A DNA stretch of 56,884 nt from Planctomycetaceae bacterium (GCA_046075685.1 JBJTQP010000208.1:1-56884), one strand, 5' to 3'. Positions 1 to 9,177 are shown, counted from the stretch's first letter. Numbers and translations are program-made. Notes: generated by a model not told the origin, from the letters alone.

Positions 1-1074
1 ACCGTGGCGATCGATCGCGACGGCTTCGTCCACCTCGCCGCCGACATGCACGTCTCACCGCTCGTCTACTTCCGCTCCCGGCATCCGCTCGACCAGCCGT
101 TCCATGCCGACTCGTTCGAGCCCCTGCATCGCATGACCGGCGCACTCGAGGATCGGGTGACCTACCCGACCTTTCTCCATGACCAGGACGGCGACCTCGT
201 GTTCATGTATCGCCACGGCTCCAGCGGCAACGGCGATCAGATCCTGAACCGCTACGACACGGCCACGCGCACCTGGCGGCGGCTGCTCGATGCGCCGCTC
301 ACGTCGGGCCGGAGCGACGACCAGACGATGAACGCCTACCTCCATGGCCCGCTGATGGGGCCCGACGGCCTGTTTCACCTGGCATGGGTCTGGCGGGACA
401 CGCCCGACTGCGACACCTGCCACGACGTCTGCTATGCCCGGAGCCGCGACCTCGCCCGCTGGGAACGGAGCGACGGCACGCCCCTCACCCTGCCGATCAC
501 CAGCCGCACGTGCGAGGTCGTCGATCCGATACCGCCGGGAGGCGGGCTGCTCAACGGCCTCCTGGCAATCGGTTTCGACGGCACCCGTCGCCCCGTGCTC
601 TCCTACCACAAGTACGACGAGGCCGGCCGGTCACAGGTATTCGCGGCCCGGGTGGAGGACGGCCGCTGGCGGATTCGCCAGACGAGCGCCTGGGACGAGC
701 GGTTCGAGTTCTCTGGCCGTGGCTCGATCGAGTTCGACGCGGCGGTGGGGCCGGTCGCGGTCGCCGAGGATGGCACGCTTCGCCAAGACTATCGCTCGCC
801 CTCCGGGGGCGGCACGTGGCGACTCGATCCCGAGTCGCTCGCCGCCATCGGCACGACCGAGCGACCGCAGCAGCAGCGTGCGGAGGCCCTCGACCGCGTC
901 GAATCGCCGTGGCCCGGCATGCAGACCAACTGGCAGGGCGACTCCGCCGCGACCACCGGTGAACCCGGGCGGTTTCGCCTCCGCTGGGAGACGCTCGGCC
1001 CCAACCGCGACCAGCCGCGGCCTGCTCCGCTGCCGCCGCCCACGATGCTCCGCGTGATCGAAATCGCCGACTGA
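1..1074 (+). CDS. BNR-repeat-like (BNR_4 type) beta-propeller protein, 5'-truncated by window edge
   Basis: Frame open from the window start; motifs AIDRDGFVHLAADMH, TYPTF, YRHGSSGNG, HLAWVWRDTPDCDTCHDVCYARSRD typical of BNR_4-type proteins. Confidence 0.75.
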   Translation, partial: TVAIDRDGFVHLAADMHVSPLVYFRSRHPLDQPFHADSFEPLHRMTGALEDRVTYPTFLHDQDGDLVFMYRHGSSGNGDQILNRYDTATRTWRRLLDAPLTSGRSDDQTMNAYLHGPLMGPDGLFHLAWVWRDTPDCDTCHDVCYARSRDLARWERSDGTPLTLPITSRTCEVVDPIPPGGGLLNGLLAIGFDGTRRPVLSYHKYDEAGRSQVFAARVEDGRWRIRQTSAWDERFEFSGRGSIEFDAAVGPVAVAEDGTLRQDYRSPSGGGTWRLDPESLAAIGTTERPQQQRAEALDRVESPWPGMQTNWQGDSAATTGEPGRFRLRWETLGPNRDQPRPAPLPPPTMLRVIEIAD

Positions 1075-1080
1075 TGCTGC

Positions 1081-1303
1081 TCACACGTGAGCCTCGCCCG
1101 TCGCTGGCGCTCCGGGCTTCCTGAGAAATGTCCTCAGCGAGGGGCTGCCCGTGCCCGAGAGCCAGCGTATGACGCCCAGCGCAGCCAGGATGGCGAAGCC
1201 CAGGCGGCATCCGAGAGAGCGACGGGCAGGATGCCCGACGCGAACGACCGGCGACGGGCACGGGCAGCCCCGAGCCTCGCGAACGCGCGAGGCTCACGTG
1301 TGA
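1081..1303. repeat. Composite palindromic intergenic element bounded by perfect 17 bp inverted repeats
   Basis: TCACACGTGAGCCTCGC (1081-1097) and its reverse complement GCGAGGCTCACGTGTGA (1287-1303); lies between convergent genes. Confidence 0.8.
1141..1271. repeat. ~130 bp structured MITE/REPIN-like element, copy 1
   Basis: Perfect 17 bp terminal IR GGGGCTGCCCGTGCCCG / CGGGCACGGGCAGCCCC; homologous to 16722-16851. Confidence 0.85.
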
Positions 1304-1340
1304 TCCATATGACCGCGGGCCGGGATCGAGTGCACGGAGC

Positions 1341-3068
1341 CTACGCCGGCAGGTCGTCCCACATCGGGCACCAGAGCGGCGCCCGCGGAAAGAGTTGACC
1401 TGCGAGCTTCTGCGCCATCTGCGTGGAGGGCTCCATGCGGCCCGCCGCCACCGCCTCCGCCGGATCGCACTGCCCGAGCAGCAGCCGGGCAAGTTCGTCG
1501 TCCGAGAGCCGTAGATAACTCCGTCCCACCCGGCCCGGGTGCACGGTCGCCTCGCGGGGCTGCCGGCCGTCGGCCACGATGATCGAGCCCCGGAACGACG
1601 GGGCATCGAGGCCCAATTCGACCGTCTCCTTGATGTCGGCCGCGACGGCCCGGGCGGCCACGGCCGGCGCCTGGGCGGCGAGCAGTTCGTGCGGACGGAA
1701 CACCTTCGCCACGATCATGCGGTCGCCCCCCTGCACGAGGCTGGCACCACCGGCGACGGCCTCGTGCAGCGGATCGGCCGTGCTCGATTCGTAGACGATC
1801 TCCTGCCGGTCGTTCTCGATCGCCTCGGCGCAGACTCGGGCGAGGATCTCCCGCTCGAGCCCGGCGAACTCGGAATCGGCCATGATCTCGAGCACGCGGT
1901 TGCCCGCCTGGATGCAGTAGCCCACGATCCGCGCGCTGCTCTCGTGCAGTTCGTAGCGATCCTGGCCGACGAGCGCCACGAGGATCGAGTCGAAGGCCCC
2001 GCGGCTGACGAGCCAGCGGCAGTAGTTCTCGCTGCGGTCGAGCGGCCCCACGAATCGCTCCGCGTTCTGCCGATAGATCCGCAGGATGGCCGGCAGTTCC
2101 ACGTGTCGCCACTGCCGCATGGTCACCGGCTCGCCGGAACGCTGCGCACCCTCGAGGAGCCGGGCGAGAATGTCGGTGGGCCGCCCCGGGGTGGCGGAGT
2201 CGCGGCCGAGCACGCTCCAGCCGAGCTCATGAAACGACGGCGCGATTCGCGTCCTCGAGAAGGCGACCACCGCTGCCGACTGTCGCATCCGCTCCTCGGC
2301 GGCACGCACGAGCCGCTGCCCATGCCCGGCCCCGCGGCACTCGGGGAGCACGGCGACGCGGTCGAGCACGGCGCCGCGGACAACGGCCGACCCCACCAGC
2401 ACCTCGCGCGGCACGATCTCGGCATGGCCGACGATCCGGCTGCCGAGACGCGCCACCAGGCGGTTGGCGGAGTCGTGCTCGGGATGATCGACGGCGGCAT
2501 GAAACTCGGCCCGCGACGGCGGCATCGGCAGACCGGCCAACAGCTGCAGGATTTCGCTCTGATCGCCCGCCCGGGCGGGGGCCACGTGGCACTCCTCGAG
2601 CATCCACGCCGGGGGCTTGAAGGGCAGCGTCGGGTGGTGCGGAATGTGTTGGATGGCGGGTCGCTTCACCGCCGGCCGCCGGGAGACGACCGTGCCCGAG
2701 GGGCGGATTTCCACGGTCTCGACGGCGACGGCCGGACGGATTTCCGCGGCTGATTCAGCTGCCACAACCGGGGGCCGCTCGGTGCCGGCGGCAAGCTTCA
2801 CCGCAGCTGGTCTGGACGCCGCCCCGGAGGTGCTCCGCCGCGCGGCCCTGCCTTTCGCCTTGCTCTTCGCCGGGGTGCCTGCGGGCCGCGCAGCGCCGCG
2901 AATCGTGAGCCGGCTCTTTGCTGTGCCCTTCGCTGTGCCCTGCCGGGCGGTGGCGGTGACCTTGTGCCGGGCGGCAGATCGAGACGATCGCGAGGGTCGG
3001 CGCGACACCTCTGCGGCAGAGACCTCCGCCACACGGCCACCGTTCGGGAAACGATCCACCCGATGCAT
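1341..3068 (-). CDS. Eis-like GNAT N-acetyltransferase with basic low-complexity N-terminal tail
   Basis: Acetyl-CoA motif VAVLPECRGAGHGQRLV; Eis/SCP2-like C-terminus (LARLLLG...AAGRM...LFPRAPLWCP); AGGAGG just upstream of ATG 3068. Confidence 0.8.
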   Translation of the reverse strand: MHRVDRFPNGGRVAEVSAAEVSRRPSRSSRSAARHKVTATARQGTAKGTAKSRLTIRGAARPAGTPAKSKAKGRAARRSTSGAASRPAAVKLAAGTERPPVVAAESAAEIRPAVAVETVEIRPSGTVVSRRPAVKRPAIQHIPHHPTLPFKPPAWMLEECHVAPARAGDQSEILQLLAGLPMPPSRAEFHAAVDHPEHDSANRLVARLGSRIVGHAEIVPREVLVGSAVVRGAVLDRVAVLPECRGAGHGQRLVRAAEERMRQSAAVVAFSRTRIAPSFHELGWSVLGRDSATPGRPTDILARLLEGAQRSGEPVTMRQWRHVELPAILRIYRQNAERFVGPLDRSENYCRWLVSRGAFDSILVALVGQDRYELHESSARIVGYCIQAGNRVLEIMADSEFAGLEREILARVCAEAIENDRQEIVYESSTADPLHEAVAGGASLVQGGDRMIVAKVFRPHELLAAQAPAVAARAVAADIKETVELGLDAPSFRGSIIVADGRQPREATVHPGRVGRSYLRLSDDELARLLLGQCDPAEAVAAGRMEPSTQMAQKLAGQLFPRAPLWCPMWDDLPA

Positions 3069-3119
3069 GACGCCTCCTTTCCCTGGAGCAACGCTCGAAC
3101 CAGTCCGTTGGCGGACAAT

Positions 3120-4790
3120 CTATGCGGGAGGACCTTCGTTTTCCAGTAGCAGGAAGGTTTTCAGAGCGTTTTCCGGGAAAAAACACCAGGGGATGTCCCG
3201 CGATCGCAGCACTGCTCGGGCCTCCACCGCGGTCACCAGCGCAGCGCCGCGCCGCTCGAGTTCCCGGCGCTCGCCGTCGAGCGTGGCGAACAGCTGCTCG
3301 TTGATGGAGCGGATCTCGCGGCAGCGGCGGCGGGCGAGCGACGCCGTGGGATGCGTCTCGATCCACGTTCGCTTCGCGGCGACCAGGTCACGGACGGCGG
3401 CGGGCAGTGCGGCCTCATGGTCGAGATGCCGCTCCGGGTGATAGCGGAGATCGCGGAGCGTGGCCCGCACCGTGGCCAGGGCCGCACCCGGATCATCGGT
3501 CTCGAGCGCGGGAAACTCGGCGGCGAGCGGCAGGCGGAGCGTGCCCGATGCGACGGCGTGACGCGGCGGGTCGGAGCCCGCCAGCCGGCGGACCACGTCG
3601 TCGGTGATCACGTCATAGGCCGCCCCGCCGATGCCGTGAACGAACACGTCGGCCACCATCAGCCGCGAGACCAGCGTGGTGACGATCGCCCGCGGCCGCA
3701 GGCGGATCGCGTGCTCCTCCATGCGCGACATGGCATCGACCCACTTCGACGGCGACGTGTCGGGCGTGATCGGCAGCTCGACCCGCAGCGTCTCCATGTC
3801 CGACAGCGCGAGCACGCCCGGCGTCGACGTGTTGGCGAACACGCGTCGACGGCGGGGATCCTCGCGCGACCAGATCCACCACGGCACCTCGATCCACTCG
3901 CCGGCCGAATCATGCCGCACGGCCAGGTCCGGCATCGGCCGCCCACGGCCGCGGACGCGGCGCGTGCGGCGGTAGTCGGCGAGCGACTCGTTGTAGGCCT
4001 CGTGAAGCCGACGGGCGTGGGCGAGCAGCCAGCCCACGAACACCATCACCGTCGGCAGCCGCATCATCTCGCTGACCGGAAGCTCGAGCGTCTCGAGGCC
4101 GAACCGCTCCTCCAGCACGTGCCGCGCCTGCGCGATGCCCAGCCCCAGGCGGTGGCTCTCCTTGGCACGGTCGACGACGAGCGGCCACCAGGCGCGGACG
4201 ATCGGCCTCGACACCAGCGGCGCGAGAACGCGGGCGGCGCGATCACCGAACGACGCGAAGCAGTCGGCGTCGATCACGGGCCGCTCCTCCCACGCCGCCT
4301 CCACCGTGAAGGCGTCGAACGGCACCTCCTCCACCCGGGCCGATGCGGGGCTGCCGACGGGCACCGCCGCGCTGACGCGGCCGCAGCGATCGCTGTCGAC
4401 GACGAGGTTCACCGCCGTGCCGCCCACCTGTCGGGCGTAGGCGTCGAGCGCGGCGTTCTTGACCCACACCCCGGGATGAAAGAGTTCGGGCTGATGCCCG
4501 CCCATGATGATGGGCCGGGCGATCCAATCGGCGACATCGGCGGGACGGACCACGTCGCGGTACTGGCCTGTGTATTCCGCGGCCACCATCAGCACCTCGC
4601 GGCGGGTGGCGGCCACCAGTTCCCAGAGCCGCATGTCGCCGATCCGCAGGTCGAGCGCCGCGCGCAGGAGGCGGTTGTTGTCGACGAGCGCCTCGATCGA
4701 GCCGGTGCCGGGCCCCGGGCGGATCGGGGGATCGAGAAGCCTGGCGCCCGACGGCTCGGGTGGGACGAAGGAGCGACGCGGGACAGGCAT
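3120..4790 (-). CDS. Conserved hypothetical protein, remote BshC-like (putative amino-acid ligase fold)
   Basis: Long ORF; MGGHQPELFHPGVWVK and LRPRA..FVHGIGGAAYD motifs plus C-terminal helical hairpin resemble BshC layout; start could be GTG 4820. Confidence 0.65.
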   Translation of the reverse strand: MPVPRRSFVPPEPSGARLLDPPIRPGPGTGSIEALVDNNRLLRAALDLRIGDMRLWELVAATRREVLMVAAEYTGQYRDVVRPADVADWIARPIIMGGHQPELFHPGVWVKNAALDAYARQVGGTAVNLVVDSDRCGRVSAAVPVGSPASARVEEVPFDAFTVEAAWEERPVIDADCFASFGDRAARVLAPLVSRPIVRAWWPLVVDRAKESHRLGLGIAQARHVLEERFGLETLELPVSEMMRLPTVMVFVGWLLAHARRLHEAYNESLADYRRTRRVRGRGRPMPDLAVRHDSAGEWIEVPWWIWSREDPRRRRVFANTSTPGVLALSDMETLRVELPITPDTSPSKWVDAMSRMEEHAIRLRPRAIVTTLVSRLMVADVFVHGIGGAAYDVITDDVVRRLAGSDPPRHAVASGTLRLPLAAEFPALETDDPGAALATVRATLRDLRYHPERHLDHEAALPAAVRDLVAAKRTWIETHPTASLARRRCREIRSINEQLFATLDGERRELERRGAALVTAVEARAVLRSRDIPWCFFPENALKTFLLLENEGPPA

Positions 4791-4843
4791 GCCGAACAGG
4801 AGCCCTCGAGCGAACCGCACCTCACCGGCGGGCGGGGCCGCCG

Positions 4844-5593
4844 CTAGGCCGAGGTGCCGTGCCCCGCGGCCGTCGCGGCTGCCGCCGCCTCGGCCCGATC
4901 GAGGACGAGCCGATAGTAGGCCAGACGAGTCGCCGCATCGTCCAGAGCGCCTCCGAAACTCCGCGCCAGGTCGAGGTACACCAGCGGCACCGGGAGTTCC
5001 ACGATCGTGAGCCCCGCGGCGGCGGCCTGCACCCAGACCTCCAGTGGCATCGCGTAGCCGGTCTCGGTCACGTGGAGTCGCTCGAGCGCCCGGCGGGAGT
5101 AGGCCTTGAATCCACAGAAGGCGTCGGTGAGCGAGAGCCCGAGGCGGTCGTTGATCTCCGCGGTGATCTCGGCGTTGATCCGCCGCCGGGCCGGCGGCGG
5201 CAGGCTGTCACCGGGAAATCGCCGCAGATACCGGCTGCCGCTCACGAGATCCGCGGCTGCATCGGGACCCGCACAGGCTGCGACGAACTCCGGGATCAGC
5301 CGGGGCTGATGCTGGCCATCGCAGTCGATCGTGACCAGGCCGTCCCAGGGCCCCGCCAGCGTCTCCCGGAAGGCCGTCGCGAGCGCCGCGCCGTAGCCGA
5401 CGTTGCGCGGATGCCGCACCACCCGCACGTCACCGCGGGCCGCGGCCCGGGCGGCCAGCAGGTCAGACGTGCCGTCGGTCGAGCCGTCGTCCACGACGAG
5501 CACGTCGGCCGCGTGTCGCAGCACCTCGTCGAGCACGCCCTGCACATGGGCCGCTTCGTTGTAGACCGGGAGGGCGGTGAGAAAGCGGGGCAT
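4844..5593 (-). CDS. Glycosyltransferase family 2 (DPM1-like)
   Basis: ALPVYNEA, VVDDGSTDGT, HPRNVGYGAAL, TIDCDGQH, LVSGSRY, TDAFCGFKAY motifs. Confidence 0.93.
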   Translation of the reverse strand: MPRFLTALPVYNEAAHVQGVLDEVLRHAADVLVVDDGSTDGTSDLLAARAAARGDVRVVRHPRNVGYGAALATAFRETLAGPWDGLVTIDCDGQHQPRLIPEFVAACAGPDAAADLVSGSRYLRRFPGDSLPPPARRRINAEITAEINDRLGLSLTDAFCGFKAYSRRALERLHVTETGYAMPLEVWVQAAAAGLTIVELPVPLVYLDLARSFGGALDDAATRLAYYRLVLDRAEAAAAATAAGHGTSA

Positions 5594-5710
5594 GCGGCGG
5601 CCAACCGGGGTCGAGGACGTCGCCGAGCCGGTGGCATCGACGGAGCTGAAGTATTGGCGCGCGAAAGTCGCGGGGCAACGCGCCGGCTGAACCGCGTGAA
5701 AACCGGGCCC

Positions 5711-6502
5711 TCAGAGCCAGCCCAGCGGATCCCGCTCCTCCCGACTCGCCCAGCACTCGAGCCCGGCAACCCCCTCCCCCAGCCGCCGGGCCAGATCGTC
5801 CATCGAGAACCGCTCGCTGGCGTGGTGCCCGACGGCCACCACCGCCATGCCCGCCGCCAGCGCTTCCGTGGCCTCGTGCAGCTTGATTTCGCCGGTGAAC
5901 AGCGTGTCGCAGCGGCCCCGGGCCACCTGCTCCACGCAGTCGCCGCCCGAGCCGCAGACGATCCCCACCCGGCCCGCCGGCCGCGCCGGGTCGCCCGCCA
6001 GTTGGACATGCCTTGCGCCGAGCGCCGCCGCCGCCCGGGTGGCGAGGTCGGACACCGTGCAGCCCTCCGCCGCCACGCCAGCCCGGCCGAAACCGACCGT
6101 GGGCAGTTCGGCGTCGGGCTCGATCGGCGACACCCGCTCCAGCCCGAGGATCGCGGCGAGCTGATCGTTGATCCCTCCGGCGGCGGAATCCCAGGCAGTG
6201 TGGCTGCTCCAGACGCCGGCCCCCGCACCGACCAGCTCCAGCAGCACCCGGCCCGGCCCGGTGTCCGGCGTGATCCTGGATACGGGACGAAAGGGAAGCG
6301 GATGGTGCGACACCACCAGATCGGCACGCTCCCGAACCGCCTCGGCGGCAACCTCGGGGGTGAGCGTGAGGCAGGTCATCACCCGCGAGACCGTCGCCCG
6401 CCGTGGAGCCACCAGCAGCCCGACTGCATCCCACGCCGCGGCCAGTCGCAGCGGCGCGAGGCGTTCGAGGACGGTGGTCACGGCGGCGAGGGTGGGCATC
6501 AC
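5711..6502 (-). CDS. Nif3-like dinuclear metal center hexameric protein (YbgI/DUF34)
   Basis: LAAAWDAVGLL, VSHHPLPF, SSHTAWD, VCGSGG, TGEIKLH, GHHASE; start GTG 6502 or ATG 6499. Confidence 0.93.
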   Translation of the reverse strand: MMPTLAAVTTVLERLAPLRLAAAWDAVGLLVAPRRATVSRVMTCLTLTPEVAAEAVRERADLVVSHHPLPFRPVSRITPDTGPGRVLLELVGAGAGVWSSHTAWDSAAGGINDQLAAILGLERVSPIEPDAELPTVGFGRAGVAAEGCTVSDLATRAAAALGARHVQLAGDPARPAGRVGIVCGSGGDCVEQVARGRCDTLFTGEIKLHEATEALAAGMAVVAVGHHASERFSMDDLARRLGEGVAGLECWASREERDPLGWL

Positions 6503-6566
6503 CGCCCGATGCTACCCCAGACACTACGATGGTGTCTCGATCGACCGCCCCGCTGACGCCTTTCCC

Positions 6567-7349
6567 ATGGACACATCCCGCATCTCCGTGCCCGCGGCGG
6601 CGCTCGCCGTCGATCTCCGGCGGGCCCTGCGGGCGGCACGCGATCTCGGCGTGCGGGGCGTGGAGCTCGATGCGCGGCATGGCATCGACCCGGCGCAGCT
6701 GACCGCCACGGGACTGCGGCAGATTCGCAAGTGGCTTGGCGACGAAGGCGTGGTGGTGTCCGCGATCGCCTTCCGCACGCGGGGCGGCTACGCCGATCCC
6801 GAGCGGCTCGAGGGCCGGATCGCCGCCACCAAGGACGCCCTGCGGCTTGCACACGATCTCGGTGCCGGCCTCGTGCTCAACCACATCGGCGACGTGCCCG
6901 CGGATGCGGAGGGGCCGCAGTGGCAGTTGCTCGTCGACGTGCTCACCGACCTGGCACACTTCGGCGAGCATGTCGGCGCCACGCTCTGCGCCGAGGCCGG
7001 CCGCGCCGCACCGGCCGACCTCGCCCGACTGATCGCCGCGCTGCCCGACGGCGGCCTCGCCTGCGATCTCGTCACCGGGGCGCTCATGGTGCACGGCCAC
7101 GATCCGGTCGACGCGATCGCGCACCTGGGCTCCCACGTGGCATACGTGCACGCCACCGACGCCGTGGCCGGCCCCTTCGCGGGCCGGGGCCGCGCAGTGG
7201 TGCTCGGCACGGGCCAGGTCGACTTCCCCGGCGTGCTCGCTGCCACCGAGGAGCGGGCGTACCGCGGCTGGATCGGCATCGAAGCCGTCGACGAGCGGGA
7301 CGCCCGCCACGAACTCGCCGAGGCCATGGCCCATCTGGCGGCACTGTGA
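6567..7349 (+). CDS. Sugar phosphate isomerase/epimerase family (xylose isomerase-like TIM barrel)
   Basis: GVRGVEL, E-D-H-E metal pattern (LCAE, ACD, YVHATD, IGIE), LGTGQVDF, YRGWIGIE. Confidence 0.85.
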   Translation: MDTSRISVPAAALAVDLRRALRAARDLGVRGVELDARHGIDPAQLTATGLRQIRKWLGDEGVVVSAIAFRTRGGYADPERLEGRIAATKDALRLAHDLGAGLVLNHIGDVPADAEGPQWQLLVDVLTDLAHFGEHVGATLCAEAGRAAPADLARLIAALPDGGLACDLVTGALMVHGHDPVDAIAHLGSHVAYVHATDAVAGPFAGRGRAVVLGTGQVDFPGVLAATEERAYRGWIGIEAVDERDARHELAEAMAHLAAL

Positions 7350-7504
7350 TCAAAGCGCCGGCTCACGGACGGTGGACTGGCTCAGCAATGGCCACGGCTC
7401 GGTGACGTCTGCGGTCGCCGTGCCGGAGCCGGCCGCGGGCCTCGGTGGCACGATCGTCGCGATGATGATCTGCCGACGCCGCCGGAGCCGCTGAGCCACG
7501 GGCG

Positions 7505-8197
7505 TCATGCCAGCCGGGCCGCCAGCGCGATGGCCGCCGTCTCCACGCGGAGCACGTGGGGGCCGAGTGACACCCGCCGGCCGCCGACGGCCTCGACCGC
7601 AGCCAGCTCCTCCGCCGTGAATCCTCCCTCAGGCCCCACGAGGGCGATGACCGGCCGCGTGCCGACGGCCTCCGCATCGAGCGGCACGCCATCCCGATCG
7701 GCGACCACGAGCAGGGCGTCGCCGATCAGTTCCCGAACCACGTCGTCGACACCCCTGGGCGCGGCGATCCGCAGCAGGGTGTCGCGGCCGCACTGCTTGC
7801 AGGCCTCGATCACGCCGCGGGCCAGCCGTTCCCGGGCTGCGGGCGTGGCTTCGGCGACGCCCCGACGGGTGACGAGCGGCACGAGTTCGTCCACGCCGAG
7901 CTCCGTAAGCTTCTCGACCAGCCACTTCTGCCGCTCGCCCTTGGGAAGGGCCACCGCCAGCGTGACAGACGCGCGACGAGGCCGCTCCTCGGGCAACTCG
8001 GTGGCGATCGCAAGGACCACCTCGTCGCGGCCTGTCACCGCCACGCGGGCCAGCCATGACCGCCCGCCGCCGTCGAACACCACGACCTCGTCGCCCACGG
8101 TGCAGCGCATCACGCGGGCAAGGTGCCGGGCCTCATCGCCCACCAGCACGCCGCGGCCGTCGCGAGGCGGCGTCGCCAGAAAGAAACGCTCGCTCAT
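7505..8197 (-). CDS. rsmE: 16S rRNA (uracil-1498-N3)-methyltransferase
   Basis: EARHLARVMR, PKGER..VEKLTELGV, EACKQCGR, VGPEGGF, LGPHVLRVETA. Confidence 0.95.
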   Translation of the reverse strand: MSERFFLATPPRDGRGVLVGDEARHLARVMRCTVGDEVVVFDGGGRSWLARVAVTGRDEVVLAIATELPEERPRRASVTLAVALPKGERQKWLVEKLTELGVDELVPLVTRRGVAEATPAARERLARGVIEACKQCGRDTLLRIAAPRGVDDVVRELIGDALLVVADRDGVPLDAEAVGTRPVIALVGPEGGFTAEELAAVEAVGGRRVSLGPHVLRVETAAIALAARLA

Positions 8198-8295
8198 GGC
8201 CGCATCCGCGACATGGGTATCGACTCGTCCGCAAGTGCAAAAACCGCGACGAAGTCTCTCCTGACCCGCCGCACCCTCACCGCTACACTCGGGCC

Positions 8296-9177
8296 ATGGT
8301 ACGCGATCGACTGCAGCTGGCCGCATCCGCCTTCGACGACCGACTCGACCCCGCCACGTTCCATGCCGCGGCCTCGCGGGAGGAGGCGCTGGCCAGGCTC
8401 GAGTGGCTGCTCGCCGAGCGGCAGCGGTGCGCGCTGGTCGTCGCCGACCCCGGGGTGGGCAAGAGCCATCTGGCTGCCACCGCCGCCCGGCGTCTCGGCG
8501 GGATGGGCGCGGAGACGGCCGTGCTCTCGCTCCGCGGCCTGCCCGAAGGCGAGTGGCTCGACCTGCTGCTCGACCGCCTGCCGCTCGATCCGGCCACCCG
8601 CAGCGAGCCCGTCAGGCCGTGGCTGAAGCTCGAAAACAGACTCCGCGAGAACACGCTCATGGAGCGGCCGACGGTGCTCATCTTCGACGACCTCGACGAG
8701 GCACCCGCCGATGCGGTCGACGGCATCGGCCGGCTGGTCGCGGCGGGTGAGCCACGGTTCGCCGCGGCCTGCGTGGTGGCCACCGCCACGCCCGCCGGAC
8801 TCGCGCGAATTCCCGACGTGATCCGCCGGTGTTCCGCGGTGCGGGTCGACCTGCCGCCATGGACCGGAGCTGAAGTCTCCGCCTACGTCGCGGGTGCGCT
8901 CGGCCGCGTCGGCGCCGACCCGGAGAGCTTCTCCGAGGCGGCCATCGCGACGCTCGCGCGCTTTGCCGGCGGGGTGCCGCGCGTGGCCTGCAGGCTCGCC
9001 CGGTTGGCGGCCGTGGCGGCGGCGGGCGAGGAGCTCGACCGCGTCGAGGCGGCGACGGTCGAACGCGCCTGGCGGGAACTCGTTCCCGCCGATGGGATCC
9101 CGGCCACGGGCGACGATGGCGAGCCGTCCGCCGACGCGGCGGCGACGGTCCGTCCGGTCCGCCGGCTCTGGGGCTGA
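8296..9177 (+). CDS. ExeA-like AAA-family ATPase
   Basis: EEALARLEWL, Walker A-like ADPGVGKS, Walker B VLIFDD, GGVPR C-terminal motif. Confidence 0.8.
   Translation: MVRDRLQLAASAFDDRLDPATFHAAASREEALARLEWLLAERQRCALVVADPGVGKSHLAATAARRLGGMGAETAVLSLRGLPEGEWLDLLLDRLPLDPATRSEPVRPWLKLENRLRENTLMERPTVLIFDDLDEAPADAVDGIGRLVAAGEPRFAAACVVATATPAGLARIPDVIRRCSAVRVDLPPWTGAEVSAYVAGALGRVGADPESFSEAAIATLARFAGGVPRVACRLARLAAVAAAGEELDRVEAATVERAWRELVPADGIPATGDDGEPSADAAATVRPVRRLWG

Noticed and set aside
1087-1398. 103 aa ORF in the first intergenic gap
   Set aside because: Runs through palindromic repeat DNA; no coding signature
4760-7334. Long ORFs 4760-6556 (+) and 5463-7334 (-)
   Set aside because: Overlap GT2, Nif3 and isomerase genes in other frames; low-complexity products
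7378-7498. 9 bp inverted repeat TGGCTCAGC/GCTGAGCCA in a convergent gap
   Set aside because: Too short and too far apart to exceed chance in GC-rich DNA
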